64,000 nt of DNA from Truepera sp. (GCA_965218435.1 CBDCKW010000005.1:620835-684834); one strand, 5' to 3'. Counted from the first letter of the stretch, positions 1 through 10,896 are shown. Notes: generated from the letters alone by a model not told the origin. Numbers and translations are program-made.

Positions 1-1
1 C

Positions 2-1114
2 GTGCCCGACGACGTGGTGGGGGCGCTCAAAAAGCATAACGCCGCTTTCGAGCGGCCCAACACCTACGGCGCGGGCACCGGCGTCACCTACGACCCCCTC
101 ATCCTCAAGGTGGTCTGGGAGAGGCTCGCGCAAGAGGCCGGGGTGCGGCTCCTCTACCACTCCTTTTGCACCGACGTGCTGGTGGAGGACGGCGCGATAA
201 CGGGCGTGATCGTGGACGGCAAGCGCGGGCTGATGAAGCTCACGGCGAGGGTCGTCATCGACTGTACCGGCGACGCGGATGTGTGTGACCGGGCGGGAGC
301 GCCCTTCGAGCGCGCGGGCGATATTGACCCGGCACAAACGCTGAGCACGACCTTCAGGATGATTAACGTAGACATTGACGCGGCGCAAGCCTTTGGTAAA
401 AAGTCGATGTGGGCCAAGATGGAGGAGGCGATGATAAGCGGCAACTACCGGTTGCCGCGCAAAGAAGGAAGTTGGCACATCACCACGCAGGCCGGGGTGG
501 TCCACACCATCATGACGCGTGTGGCCGAGGTGGACGCCACCGACCCGGTTGAGCTGACGCGGGCCGAAATCACCGGGCGAGAACAGGCACTAGAGTATGC
601 GCGCTTCCTCAAGGACTACGTGCCGGGCTATGAAGACGCCGCGCTCTCCTGGCTCTCGGACCCCATCGGCGTGCGCGAGACGCGGCGGGTTTATGGGCGT
701 TACCGCCTGACGCGCGAGGACTGTTTGGAGGCGCGCAAGTTTGACGACGCCATCGGCGCGTGCGGCGCGCCCATCGAGGACCACCATTCCGGCTCGGATA
801 CGAACTGGCACTACCTACCCGACGGCTTGACCTACGACATCCCCTACCGGACGCTCCTTCCTAAAAAAGTCGAAGGGCTCTTGGTCGCGGGCCGCTGCTT
901 TAGCGCCACCCACGACGCCCACGCCTCGTGCCGCTCGATGGCGCAGACGATGACGATGGGGCAGGCCGCGGGCACGGCGGCGGCTTTGGCGGTCAAGAGT
1001 GACGTGAGGCCCGCTGAGGTGGACGTTCCCAAACTTCAGGAGCGGCTGCTCGAGATAGGTGCCAAGTTCGGCGAGATTGAGGTTGACGCGCCTCTGGTAC
1101 TGGAAGAGGCCTAA
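2..1114 (+). CDS. FAD-dependent oxidoreductase (FAD_oxidored/PF12831-like), 5'-truncated by the window edge
   Basis: Motifs VIDCTGDADV, GVRETRR, YDIPYRTLLP, LLVAGRC and MTMGQAAG; close paralog of 24823..26127. Confidence 0.9.
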   Translation: MPDDVVGALKKHNAAFERPNTYGAGTGVTYDPLILKVVWERLAQEAGVRLLYHSFCTDVLVEDGAITGVIVDGKRGLMKLTARVVIDCTGDADVCDRAGAPFERAGDIDPAQTLSTTFRMINVDIDAAQAFGKKSMWAKMEEAMISGNYRLPRKEGSWHITTQAGVVHTIMTRVAEVDATDPVELTRAEITGREQALEYARFLKDYVPGYEDAALSWLSDPIGVRETRRVYGRYRLTREDCLEARKFDDAIGACGAPIEDHHSGSDTNWHYLPDGLTYDIPYRTLLPKKVEGLLVAGRCFSATHDAHASCRSMAQTMTMGQAAGTAAALAVKSDVRPAEVDVPKLQERLLEIGAKFGEIEVDAPLVLEEA

Positions 1115-1116
1115 AG

Positions 1117-2115
1117 GTGCCTGTAGAGACGACGCTGGGGGCGCTCGAGCCCCACACTTTAGGTGTCATCAACGCGCACGAGCACCTCATCATCGACGGC
1201 GGCTACACCGTGCTCAAGGAGCCCGACTTTCGGCTCGACAGCGTGCCCAAGGCGGTAGAAGAACTCATCCGTTGGCGCGACGCGGGGGGCGGGGCGATTG
1301 TAGACACTATGCCCTTCGGGAGCGGGCGCAACGTTCGCAAGCTTATCCAGATAAGCCAGGCGACGGGCGTGCCCATCGTGGTGCCCACGGGCTTCCAGAA
1401 AAGTTCTTACTACCTGCCCGACCACTGGCAGCACCGCTACGACGAGGAGGCGATTGCCGAGCTTTTGATTGCCGAATGTCGAGACGGGGTAGACGAAAAC
1501 AACTATGACGGCCCGGTGGTGACGCGGAGCCCCGTCAAAACTGGCCTCATTAAAGTTGCGGGAGATTACCAGTTCGTCAGCGAGACCACCCGCAAACTCA
1601 TCCGCGCCGCCGGGCGCGCACACGGGGCGACGGGGGTACCCATCCTCGTCCATACCGAAATGGGCACGGCGGGGCATGAGCTTCTTGACTTACTTGAGGC
1701 CGCGGGCGTCCCCCCACAACGCGTCATGCTCTGCCACGTAGACCGCAACCCGGACCTTAAAGTTCACAAGGAACTGGCTGAACGAGGCGCGTTTTTGGAG
1801 TACGACACACCTGGCCGCATCAAATATCAACCTGAAACGGTTGTGATAAACCTTATGCGCGACATGTTCGAGGCGGGTTACGGCGGCAACCTGCTCCTTG
1901 GTGGCGATATGGCGCGGCGCTCCTACTGGACGGCCTACGGCGGAGGGCCGGGACTCGAGTACCTGCTTACCACCTTTACCCCCCGGCTGCGGGCGGAAGG
2001 GTTTTCAGAAGAAAAACTCACCCTTGTGTGGCGTGACAACCCGGCGCGCTGGCTTACCGGCTCCGCTGCCGGGAACGCGTCCGAAAGAAAGCTGCAAGAG
2101 AAAGCGGTGCGTTGA
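1117..2115 (+). CDS. Phosphotriesterase-like amidohydrolase (PTE/PHP, probable lactonase)
   Basis: HEH metal motif (NAHEHL), GLIKVA lysine, VHTE, CHVDR and LLLGGD. Confidence 0.9.
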   Translation: MPVETTLGALEPHTLGVINAHEHLIIDGGYTVLKEPDFRLDSVPKAVEELIRWRDAGGGAIVDTMPFGSGRNVRKLIQISQATGVPIVVPTGFQKSSYYLPDHWQHRYDEEAIAELLIAECRDGVDENNYDGPVVTRSPVKTGLIKVAGDYQFVSETTRKLIRAAGRAHGATGVPILVHTEMGTAGHELLDLLEAAGVPPQRVMLCHVDRNPDLKVHKELAERGAFLEYDTPGRIKYQPETVVINLMRDMFEAGYGGNLLLGGDMARRSYWTAYGGGPGLEYLLTTFTPRLRAEGFSEEKLTLVWRDNPARWLTGSAAGNASERKLQEKAVR

Positions 2116-2152
2116 GCGTGCTCGAGCCTCCCCAATCAGCAAAGGATTACCA

Positions 2153-2965
2153 ATGGACTTGACCTTCCCCCACCACCTCGACCGCATCAAAGAAGGCGTA
2201 CTTGCCCAAAAGGAAACGCTTCAAAAGGTCGCCGCCGCTTTTGCCGACGCTATTGAAGACGGCGGTTTAGTCCACGTCTACGCCAACGGCCACTCGCGCG
2301 TGGCGGTTGAGGAGTGGGTGGTACGGATGGGCGCGCTTACCGGCTTTCACCCTATCCTTACTTCGGGTCTTGTAACTTTTACTGATGTAGTGGGGCCCAA
2401 CGGCATACGTCTTAACCAAACGGTCGAGAAGGTTGAAGGTTTGGGGGCTAAGCTACTAGACGAGTTTGACGTAGGTCCCCGCGACGCCTTTGTGGCGGTG
2501 TCGGCCACGGGCACGACCGTGGCAGCGGTAGACGTCGCGTTAGAGTTCAACCGCCGCTACCCTGAGCATCCTCTTGTCGCCGTCACCTCAGAGATTCAGG
2601 CTAGGGACGCTCCACCCAAACACAGCTCCGGCAAAAATCTCTACCACGTCGTCCGCGAGGCCAAGCGCGGCTTCTTGCTCGATAACTGTATGCCGCTGGG
2701 CGACGTGTCGGTCACGGTTGAAGGTCAGGAGGCAACGTATCAGGTTTGCCCTTTATCTAACATCGGCGCGCTGACGCTCGTGCAGTCATTAAACGAACTC
2801 ACGCTACGCGAGCTTGACCGGCGCGGGGTAAAGCATCACGTGCTACAAAACATGCACCTGCACGATACCGAGGATACTTATGACACTTGGCTACGCGACC
2901 AGCGCAAGAGATACTCGAGGGCACTTCATTATCCTCAGCGGGTAATGCCAAAAGGTAAGGAGTAA
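2153..2965 (+). CDS. SIS-domain sugar isomerase-like protein
   Basis: VHVYANGHSR motif; ATG at 2153 follows AAAGGA; paralog of 23048..23830. Confidence 0.8.
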   Translation: MDLTFPHHLDRIKEGVLAQKETLQKVAAAFADAIEDGGLVHVYANGHSRVAVEEWVVRMGALTGFHPILTSGLVTFTDVVGPNGIRLNQTVEKVEGLGAKLLDEFDVGPRDAFVAVSATGTTVAAVDVALEFNRRYPEHPLVAVTSEIQARDAPPKHSSGKNLYHVVREAKRGFLLDNCMPLGDVSVTVEGQEATYQVCPLSNIGALTLVQSLNELTLRELDRRGVKHHVLQNMHLHDTEDTYDTWLRDQRKRYSRALHYPQRVMPKGKE

Positions 2966-2991
2966 CTGTCCGAGCTTGAGTTTTCGGCTTT

Positions 2992-3789
2992 TCAGCTCAC
3001 CACAAGCTCAACCTTTTTTAAGCTGAGTGCCTTGGCTAAATTTGGCATGGGAGGTTTGTCTGTCACAATAACATCAATGTCCTCGAGCCGCGCTAGATAA
3101 GCGAAACTCACCTTCTCAAACTTGCTGCTGTCTAAGACGATAATAACGACGCTCGAGTGTTCGATCATAAGTTCTAAGGTAACGGCGTTGAGCTGATTGT
3201 TGACAGTCAGCCCTTCCTTTTCTGAAAGGCCACTGACACCGATTACAGCAACGTCGAAAAAATAAGTCCGCAGCGCCCGTTCGGTAACAGGTCCGACCAG
3301 TGTAAAGTAATCTCCGTGAACATCCCCTCCAGTACAGGTCACCTGCATACGCGGCACTTGAGCAAGTTGCTGAGCGATATCGAGGGCGTTCGTTACAATG
3401 CTGTAGGAGCGGTTAAAGCTTTGTAACGCCTTGGCCACCTGAAAAGTTGTCGTGCCAGCACCGAGCACGACTTGTTTGTAAGGCTCAAGTAAGCGCGCAG
3501 CGGCCACACCTATCGCTTGCTTTGCTCGAAAGGTGTATTCGTCACTTTTTAGCTGCTCCGGCGGTAAAAAAAATTCTCTATTTGGCGAATCGCTTAGTCG
3601 TACCCCCCCATGGTAACGCTCAATCACCCCAGCCTCTTCCAGCATTTTTAGGTCACGGCGTACCGTCCACTCAGATATCCTGAGCAGCGTAACTAAGTCG
3701 GTTATTGACAGCTCGTGACGGCGGTGGAGCAGGCGCACAAGGGTTTCTTGACGACTTAAGCTACGCGAGTTCGGCACAGTTGGTCTCAC
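2992..3789 (-). CDS. DeoR/GlpR family transcriptional regulator
   Basis: HTH ISEWTVRRDL..LE, HGG, GAGTTT, VTNAL and DSSKF. Confidence 0.93.
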   Translation of the reverse strand: MRPTVPNSRSLSRQETLVRLLHRRHELSITDLVTLLRISEWTVRRDLKMLEEAGVIERYHGGVRLSDSPNREFFLPPEQLKSDEYTFRAKQAIGVAAARLLEPYKQVVLGAGTTTFQVAKALQSFNRSYSIVTNALDIAQQLAQVPRMQVTCTGGDVHGDYFTLVGPVTERALRTYFFDVAVIGVSGLSEKEGLTVNNQLNAVTLELMIEHSSVVIIVLDSSKFEKVSFAYLARLEDIDVIVTDKPPMPNLAKALSLKKVELVVS

Positions 3790-3942
3790 ATCCTGATAAA
3801 GGTAGTGTTATAACTCCTCCGGGGTGTAGCTAGTCAATGTCTTTAAGTGCAAAACTCTTTACCTTTGCTACCCTGTTCACTTAAAGATTTGTAGGTCATC
3901 ATAAGGCCCTGTAGAGGGAACCGTAAATTATTACGGACAAGC

Positions 3943-5001
3943 TTAAGGCTCGCCCCGCAACGTCGCTTGGACTTGTGCTCTTTCCGCTAGCGCCATACGC
4001 CACTGACCGATAGCCACAGCGACAATCAGCAGTAACCCCTTGGCAACCAGTTGATAAAAAGTGGGAATGCCGAGCAAGTTCATACCGTTACTCATCGTTG
4101 CTAACAGTAAAACAGCGAGCATACTGCCTGCTACCGTTCCCTTACCCCCTGCTAGCAGCGCACCACCAAGGAACACCGCCGTGATGGCCTCGAGCTCGAG
4201 CCCTTGCGTACCCGAGACAGGCTGACCCGAACTTGTTCGCGCAGTGACGATCACACCCGCAAGACCTGAGAGAGCCCCTGAAACAGAGTAGATATAGAGC
4301 TTCATTCGGTTTAAGTTGATGCCTACTAAACGGGCAGCTTCAGGATTGCCCCCCATCGAATAAAGTGACCGACCAAAAACCGTTGACTTCATAACAAAAT
4401 GCGCAACAAGGGCGACGACGACTAAAATCACAAAAGCGATAGGAATACCTGGAAAAGACCCGACTTGGAACAGCCGCCCTGACCCTAGCCGAGCAAAGGT
4501 CGGATCCAAGACGCCGATAGGCCGACCTCCTGGCGCTATCAAAAAAGCTAGACCTTGAAAGGCTGAAAGTGTCGCTAACGTGGCGACTACCGGATTGACG
4601 CGCAGATACGTGATGATAAGTGCGTTTATAACCCCGAGCACTGCCCCTGCTAGGATTCCCAACGCCACGCCGCCAAAGACGGTACCCACCACTGATACCA
4701 TAAGGGCCGAAACAACTGACGCCACACCTGCAATGGAACCCACTGAAATATCGAGTCCCGCTGACACGATAACCATCGTCATACCTACCGCGATAAGTCC
4801 CACGACGGCCATATTTTGACCAATATTTAAGAGGTTACGGGTACTAAAAAAAAAGGGCGTTTGACTGGCAATAAGAGTGACCAAGACAACTAAAGCGATA
4901 ATAAGTGAGAGGTTCTCCGCACCCAAAAAGTCACTTAGCCGTTTCAAAAAATTAGGTTTGCGTTTGGCTTGAGAGGTAACCTCAGCTGAACCAGTTGACA
5001 T
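3943..5001 (-). CDS. Monosaccharide ABC transporter permease
   Basis: GLDISVGS, GGNPEAARLVG and ELEAITAVFLGG motifs; hydrophobic. Confidence 0.93.
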   Translation of the reverse strand: MSTGSAEVTSQAKRKPNFLKRLSDFLGAENLSLIIALVVLVTLIASQTPFFFSTRNLLNIGQNMAVVGLIAVGMTMVIVSAGLDISVGSIAGVASVVSALMVSVVGTVFGGVALGILAGAVLGVINALIITYLRVNPVVATLATLSAFQGLAFLIAPGGRPIGVLDPTFARLGSGRLFQVGSFPGIPIAFVILVVVALVAHFVMKSTVFGRSLYSMGGNPEAARLVGINLNRMKLYIYSVSGALSGLAGVIVTARTSSGQPVSGTQGLELEAITAVFLGGALLAGGKGTVAGSMLAVLLLATMSNGMNLLGIPTFYQLVAKGLLLIVAVAIGQWRMALAERAQVQATLRGEP

Positions 5002-5044
5002 GGTAAGCGTCCTTTAAGAAATGAGCTGTAGCGTAGTCTTACGC

Positions 5045-6544
5045 TTAAGCTGCCTTTTGCTCGAGAGCGAGTGTAAGGATAAGTTCTTCGGTAGCAGCAG
5101 ATTTTTCAATAGGTTCGGTAATAGTACCGTTTCTCATAACGATGATGCGGTCGGCCATACTGAGCAGTTCCGGCATTTCGGAAGAAATGAGCATAATGGC
5201 GATGCCACTTTTTGCTAAGTCGTCAATCAATCGGTAGATTTCGGCCTTGGCACCGACGTCTACGGCGCGCGTCGGCTCATCTAAAATCAGGACTTTAGGC
5301 TTAGCCGCGAGCCACCGTGCCAATACCACTTTTTGCTGATTACCACCGGAAAGTTTGCCAACGTCTTGCTCGAGCGAGGGTGTTTTGATGTCGAGATAGC
5401 GAATATAGGGTGAGACCTCGTCGACCATCTTCTGGGTGCGAAGAACCCCCACACGGCTGAGAGCGGAATAAACGGCCATCGAAGCGTTCTCAATAACGCT
5501 TCGTACCAAAATGAGCCCCTCTCTTTTCCGGTCTTCGGGTGCAAACCCGAGGTTGACTGCGATCGCCTCGGCGGGGGACGTGACGGCCACGAGTCTCCCC
5601 TCAACCCTGACGTCCCCAGAGCGTTTCGGCAACGCGCCGAAAAGAACCTTGGCTAACTCGGTTCTGCCTGCACCAACGAGACCCGCGAAACCAAGAATTT
5701 CACCCTTACGGATTTTGAAGCTGACGTCGTGGTGCCAGCGGCTATTTAGGTGAGTGACCTCGAGCGCAATTTCGTCGCGAGAAACCTCAGCACGTTGAAC
5801 CCCCCCAGACAAATCACGCCCAACCATCATGTGGACAATCTCGCGGCTTTGGGTATCGCTCGTCGTTCGCACACCGACTAGCCGACCATCTCTTAAGATA
5901 CAAATCCGATCCGAAACTGCCATAATCTCGTGCAAGCGGTGTGACACATACACTACGCCAAGACCCTGTGAGCGCAAAAGTGCGATCAGGGTGAATAGCC
6001 TTTTCGTTTCGTCTGCTGTCAAAGATGAGGTAGGTTCATCAAAGGCGATGACCTTGACGCCGTCTTTTAAAGCGCGGACGATCTCGACAATATGTTTCTG
6101 AGCAGGAGACAACGACGAGCCCAAAGCGTCCGGGGCGACGAAGCCTGAAAATCCGTAAGTGGCAAGTATCGCAGCTGTCTTTTTACGCATCGTCTCAAAA
6201 TCTACTCGGTAGTTTTTGGTTGGATACTCGCCGACAAAAACATTTTCGGCTACAGATACGTGGGGCACGATTTCGGGTTCCTGACGCACGAGCCGAAAAC
6301 CCGCTTGGCGCGCCTCGAGCGGGCTGGCGCGGCTGATGTCGGTACCGTCTAGCATAATCGTGCCTTCATCGAGCCGGTAGTCGCCACTCAAAATCTTAAG
6401 GAGGGTCGATTTACCCGCACCATTTTCACCTACAAAAGCCATAACCTCACCGGCGCGCACCTCCATAGCGAGGTCAGAAAGAGCTCTGATATTTGGAAAA
6501 GATTTGCTGACCCCTTTTATAGACAACAGCGTTCGGTTTAACAC
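5045..6544 (-). CDS. Monosaccharide ABC transporter ATP-binding protein (two ABC domains)
   Basis: GENGAGKST, DEPTSSL, LSGGNQQK and ILDEPT. Confidence 0.95.
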   Translation of the reverse strand: MLNRTLLSIKGVSKSFPNIRALSDLAMEVRAGEVMAFVGENGAGKSTLLKILSGDYRLDEGTIMLDGTDISRASPLEARQAGFRLVRQEPEIVPHVSVAENVFVGEYPTKNYRVDFETMRKKTAAILATYGFSGFVAPDALGSSLSPAQKHIVEIVRALKDGVKVIAFDEPTSSLTADETKRLFTLIALLRSQGLGVVYVSHRLHEIMAVSDRICILRDGRLVGVRTTSDTQSREIVHMMVGRDLSGGVQRAEVSRDEIALEVTHLNSRWHHDVSFKIRKGEILGFAGLVGAGRTELAKVLFGALPKRSGDVRVEGRLVAVTSPAEAIAVNLGFAPEDRKREGLILVRSVIENASMAVYSALSRVGVLRTQKMVDEVSPYIRYLDIKTPSLEQDVGKLSGGNQQKVVLARWLAAKPKVLILDEPTRAVDVGAKAEIYRLIDDLAKSGIAIMLISSEMPELLSMADRIIVMRNGTITEPIEKSAATEELILTLALEQKAA

Positions 6545-6628
6545 AAGAACCTCGTTTTCAGTAACGCTCGTGGAGTGGGCAGGCTAACCGAATATACTTG
6601 CGGCTACCCACTCCTTTAAGGCTATTGT

Positions 6629-7612
6629 TTAGTCGCAGGTCATCACGTCAGCATAGTTTGAGGGATCCACGATTGTGGTATTGGCAACAGTACTAGGTGG
6701 TAACGGTTTACCCGTCTCAATAGCGTTGATAAGCGCCCGTGCCGCTGCGTCGCCCACGTCTGTACCGCTGATGTAAAGTGCGGCCTTGAACCCTGTGGCG
6801 ATGCCTGCTTTCCAGGGGCGGCACGCTTCGTAAGCGCCCAGTCCCACGGCAATAACGTCATCAGCTGTAAAACCTGCGTTGTTCAGCGCGTTTACTGTGC
6901 CTAAAACGCCTTCGTCGTTGCAACCAAAAACTACCCATTTGTTGACATCTGGATGGGCGGTAACAACAGGTCCAGCAGCTTCTAGAGCAGCGTTGGTCGT
7001 TCCGTCATACGCAACCGCGTAGATGTTGTCGGGACTAGCACCCGCCTTGATGACCTGTTGTTTCTCCGCCTCAGTTCGGTCGTTACAAACAGAAAGTGTT
7101 TGAACCTCAGCGCTTAGAACACCGTAATTTTCGTTCTCGACCCAACCAGCTTCTGTAAGTAGTTCACCGGCTTTGGTGCCTACTTTGGTGCCCATATCCG
7201 TCCCGTTAAAGCCAACGAAGGGAACCGGTTTGCCAGCACCGTCGACCAAAGGATCATCAGTGGCTACTAACAGCACACTTGCGTCGGCAGTCGCTTTCGC
7301 AGCTGCCGGGCCGATCGCTTGATCCGGCGCTGTGAGGCCGATGCCTTTCGCACCTGCAGCGATGGCGTCGCTGATGGCGCTGATAGCAAGGTTGGCATCG
7401 AGTTCTACGTTGATAATTTGAGAAGTGTAACCGAGTTCTTTTGCTGCGGCTTGGAAACCTTGAGCTTGATCGATAAAATACTGTTGCGTCCCGCTTTTAT
7501 AGATGGCAACGACCAGCTTTTCCTGAGCAAATGCCGCGCTAAACAAGTACAATGCGACGAGGCCGACAACGACCAACCCGGACATACGAACCGCTCGAGC
7601 TACCTTCTGCAC
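6629..7612 (-). CDS. Monosaccharide ABC substrate-binding protein (AraF-like)
   Basis: Signal peptide (AFAQE), periplasmic-binding pattern, VFGCNDEGVLG; first gene of the ABC trio. Confidence 0.85.
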   Translation of the reverse strand: MQKVARAVRMSGLVVVGLVALYLFSAAFAQEKLVVAIYKSGTQQYFIDQAQGFQAAAKELGYTSQIINVELDANLAISAISDAIAAGAKGIGLTAPDQAIGPAAAKATADASVLLVATDDPLVDGAGKPVPFVGFNGTDMGTKVGTKAGELLTEAGWVENENYGVLSAEVQTLSVCNDRTEAEKQQVIKAGASPDNIYAVAYDGTTNAALEAAGPVVTAHPDVNKWVVFGCNDEGVLGTVNALNNAGFTADDVIAVGLGAYEACRPWKAGIATGFKAALYISGTDVGDAAARALINAIETGKPLPPSTVANTTIVDPSNYADVMTCD

Positions 7613-7707
7613 AATCTCTACCTCCTGAATTTTTAACTTGCGGTCAGTTTAACAAAGGCAAACGTGCAGCACAAGGAGCTTCTTGCACGCCCTCAAGCAG
7701 CTGAGTT

Positions 7708-8847
7708 TTACCACTCTGCCAAGCTGCCGTCTGGGTGATACCAAACCGGGTTACGCCAGCGGTGCTTGTTCTTGCTCAGTTCGCGTACCAGGGCTTCATC
7801 GATGTCAAGCCCGAGTCCTGGACCAGTAGGAATCTCTAAAAAGCCCTCACGAGGCGTTAACACCTCTGGGTTAGTGAGGTAAGTCAGTAAGTCGTGGGTT
7901 TCGTTGTAGTGAATGCCTAAGGATATTTCCTGCAGTACGACGTTGGGGGTGCAAGCGGCCAGCTGCAAACACGAAGCCAACGCCAGCGGCCCTAAAGGAC
8001 AGTGAGGAGCCACGGCCACATCATAGGCTTCAGCCATCGCGCTAATCTTTTTGGTCTCCAAGATACCGCCTGCGTGGGACAGGTCGGGTTGAATCACGTC
8101 GATAAAACCGCTTGCCAGAAAGGGTTTGAAACCCCAGCGGCTGTAGACGCGCTCGCCCAAAGCAATCGGGATGCTACTAAGTTGCGACAACTCCTGCAAC
8201 GCCTCGAGATGGTCGCTCAACAAAGGTTCTTCGACAAACAAGGGCTGGAGGGGCTCGAGCCGCTTTAGTAGCTGCTTGGCCATCGGCTTATGAACCCGAC
8301 CGTGGAAATCGATACCTACGTCGAGCCCCTCTCCCTTCACCGCTTCGACGCGCGCCGTGACCTCCTCAAATGCACGTGGGCCTTCGAGATAACCCAGTTC
8401 GGCGGTCGCGTTCATCTTGACCGCCTTGAAGCCTTGAGCCTTACGGGCGCGGGTAGCCTCCGCTACCTCCTGGGGCCGGTCGCCGCCAATCCAGGCATAG
8501 GCCTGAACGCGTTCACGCACCCGGCCCCCCAGCATCTCCCAGACGGGCAGCCCCAGCGCCTTGCCCTTGAGGTCCCAGAGGGCCTGCTCAACGCCGGAAA
8601 GCGCGGACATGAGCACGGGGCCGCCCCGGTAGAAGCCGCCGCGGTAGCCGATTTGCCAGAGGGCTTCGATGCAGAACGGATCCTGACCAAGAAACCTGTC
8701 CTTGAGCGCCTCGAGCGCGCCGTCGACGGCCTCGGCGTAGCCCTCTAAACTTGCCTCGCCCCACCCCACCACGCCCTCATCACTTTCGACGCGCACAAAA
8801 AGCCAACGTGGTGGGGTGTAAAAGGTCTCAATTTGGGCAATCTTCAT
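7708..8847 (-). CDS. dgoD: Galactonate dehydratase
   Basis: PPRWLFVRVE, GFYRGGPVLMSA, DFHGRVH, APHCPLGP and C-terminal WRNP..DGSLAEW; start at MKIAQI after GGAGG. Confidence 0.92.
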   Translation of the reverse strand: MKIAQIETFYTPPRWLFVRVESDEGVVGWGEASLEGYAEAVDGALEALKDRFLGQDPFCIEALWQIGYRGGFYRGGPVLMSALSGVEQALWDLKGKALGLPVWEMLGGRVRERVQAYAWIGGDRPQEVAEATRARKAQGFKAVKMNATAELGYLEGPRAFEEVTARVEAVKGEGLDVGIDFHGRVHKPMAKQLLKRLEPLQPLFVEEPLLSDHLEALQELSQLSSIPIALGERVYSRWGFKPFLASGFIDVIQPDLSHAGGILETKKISAMAEAYDVAVAPHCPLGPLALASCLQLAACTPNVVLQEISLGIHYNETHDLLTYLTNPEVLTPREGFLEIPTGPGLGLDIDEALVRELSKNKHRWRNPVWYHPDGSLAEW

Positions 8848-9833
8848 CCTGGCCTCCTTGTGGTGAGTTGAGCCTCGAGCCACCAGCTACGCGCGCCGCC
8901 GGGAGGCAGCAGCGCATATTGGTTATGGGGTTCAACCGCCTCCTCGAGTGAGTCCTGAGCGCCGATGCAGGGTTCTAAAGCGAGGTTGTAGTAGGGCTCG
9001 CCGCCCGTGCCCGACCAAGCCCCCGCGTTTAGCCATAGGCCCAACTGGGGAATCAGCGCCGGGTCGAAGCCAAAACGAAATGCGCCGTCTTCTGCCTCTA
9101 AACTCGCCCAACCCTGAGCGAGCGGCTCGCTCCAGACCTTGAAGGCTACCTCGGCGGAGGCGTCCGGCAAGTGGGTCAAATCATAGCTTTTCTCACCATT
9201 TCTGACCGCTAGCGGCCAAGAAAGATGCGTATCCTTTTGAACGTTGGTCGGCGCTACCTCCAGATAAATGTGCAGTTTCGCGTCATCGGGTACGCACACC
9301 CTCATTCCGGGCTCAATTGCAAACAAGGGATGGGCGCTCCAGATAAAAGCGATGTCGTCATCTGCTTGGCTCGCAACCTGGTAGTCGAAACGAAGGGTAT
9401 CCGACGCCTCCTCTATCCGGATGGTGCGGCTGAAGGTGTAAGGTAGGGCAACCCCGTGACCTTTTGTACGCAGCTCGAGCCCGTTTCTGAATTCTTTAAG
9501 GGTCGTCACCCACGCCTGCGACCAGAGTTCGCCGTGGTCGGGCAGAGGTGTCCCCCGCCAGGGCTCGAGCGGGTAACGGCACGGGGCCACGGTCGGAAAG
9601 CACTCGTCCCAGCCACCGGTATCGGCTTTTCCAACGTAGGACGTCCCGTAACTGTGCTCTTGATAGGGAAGCTGTTCGTTCGCCCACAACCACTCGCGCC
9701 CACTCCGAAGGTCGCGGAGACTGCTGAGCTTGCCACCAAGCTCGGGGATGAGGGTCAAAGAAATAAGGTCGTTCGCCACCGTATACGCGCTAAAGCCCTG
9801 CACCGTTGCCTCGGCAAGCTCGAGCGAGGCCAT
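8844..9833 (-). CDS. Galactose mutarotase/aldose epimerase-like protein
   Basis: PELGGK, GGWDECFPT, PDHGELW, WSAHP and LALEP. Confidence 0.8.
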   Translation of the reverse strand: MASLELAEATVQGFSAYTVANDLISLTLIPELGGKLSSLRDLRSGREWLWANEQLPYQEHSYGTSYVGKADTGGWDECFPTVAPCRYPLEPWRGTPLPDHGELWSQAWVTTLKEFRNGLELRTKGHGVALPYTFSRTIRIEEASDTLRFDYQVASQADDDIAFIWSAHPLFAIEPGMRVCVPDDAKLHIYLEVAPTNVQKDTHLSWPLAVRNGEKSYDLTHLPDASAEVAFKVWSEPLAQGWASLEAEDGAFRFGFDPALIPQLGLWLNAGAWSGTGGEPYYNLALEPCIGAQDSLEEAVEPHNQYALLPPGGARSWWLEAQLTTRRPG

Positions 9834-9876
9834 TAACGACCGCCCAACGGGTTTGCGCAAACATGAGCAGCGTGCA

Positions 9877-10896
9877 TTAGCGCTCCTTCACCGGCAGTCG
9901 AACCTGCGGTTGACTGTCGCTCAACGTGTTCAGCTCATTGGCGTCGTAGGGGCTGCCATCCGGGTGCAAGACGTCGTGTTGCCACAGTTCGGGCGTGGGA
10001 TCACCTGGTTCGGAGCCCCAGAGCAGGTAGGTCTGCGTGCGTCCCGCAACGAGGCCCCAGTGGTACCAGCCGACCTGATAAGCGTCGAACAGGGGCAAAA
10101 TAGCCGCAAACGTATTGCCGCGTGGGCGGTGCAACCATTCGGTGCAGAGCAGCGGGCGTTCAAACGCGGCGCAACGCTCGAGCGTTTCTTTCACGCCTTC
10201 GGGACCTTCATAGCTGTGAAAGCTAACAACGTCAGACAAGGCGAACATGCGCTGACTCATCGAACTGTCGAAGTCCACCCAGGGTCCAACCGTCAAAGGT
10301 TGCGAAGGCCCGGCCTCTCGCGCCCACACAAAGGTCGCCTCGACCAGAGGAAGACTTTTCTCGCCCATGGTGGAGTTGCCGGGTTCGTTGTACAGGTCCC
10401 AGACGATGATGCGCTCGTCCTCAGCAAACGTACCGACGATATCCTTGACGTAGTGCTCGAGCCCAGGCCAAACCGAGCGATCGGTGACACGTTCCAATCC
10501 AGGGCTCGGGACCCAGCCGCTGTTGTGAACCCCCGGAACGGGCTCGTCTTGTCTGCCCAGGTACGGTTCCCTACTCGCAAAAGCGCAGTCGTCGAAGAGG
10601 ACGGGCATGGTGCTGAGGCCGTAGCGTGCTGCGGTCGCAAGAAAAGTTTGAAAACGCGCCTTGAAGCTCTCCAGGTCGTCGGCCCACACGAGGTACTGAA
10701 GAAAAACCCGAACGCTGGTGTAGCCAATGCTTTTAGCCCACCTCAGTTCCTCATCAATCGTGGTTAAATCGAACGAACCGGCCTGCCACATCTCCGTGTC
10801 GTTAACGGCGGTTCGGGGCAAATAGTTACAGCCTCGGATGGGGCCTGCAGCGTCGTACCACGCCCAAGCGCGTTGCGAAGTCCACATCTTCGTCAC
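9877..10896 (-). CDS. Glycoside hydrolase, GH5-like (clan GH-A)
   Basis: WDLYNEP acid/base and LCTEW nucleophile motifs, RGCNY and VSFHSY. Confidence 0.85.
   Translation of the reverse strand: MTKMWTSQRAWAWYDAAGPIRGCNYLPRTAVNDTEMWQAGSFDLTTIDEELRWAKSIGYTSVRVFLQYLVWADDLESFKARFQTFLATAARYGLSTMPVLFDDCAFASREPYLGRQDEPVPGVHNSGWVPSPGLERVTDRSVWPGLEHYVKDIVGTFAEDERIIVWDLYNEPGNSTMGEKSLPLVEATFVWAREAGPSQPLTVGPWVDFDSSMSQRMFALSDVVSFHSYEGPEGVKETLERCAAFERPLLCTEWLHRPRGNTFAAILPLFDAYQVGWYHWGLVAGRTQTYLLWGSEPGDPTPELWQHDVLHPDGSPYDANELNTLSDSQPQVRLPVKER

Noticed and set aside
1898..2152. Long N-terminal extensions given by the ORF track (also at 22017, 25821, 28517, 45046 and 21240)
   Set aside because: They overlap upstream genes; downstream starts with an RBS or stop/start coupling fit the families better.
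9730..10767. 345-aa + strand ORF
   Set aside because: Antisense shadow of the GH5-like gene with no motifs; the same applies to most overlapping ORFs in the track.
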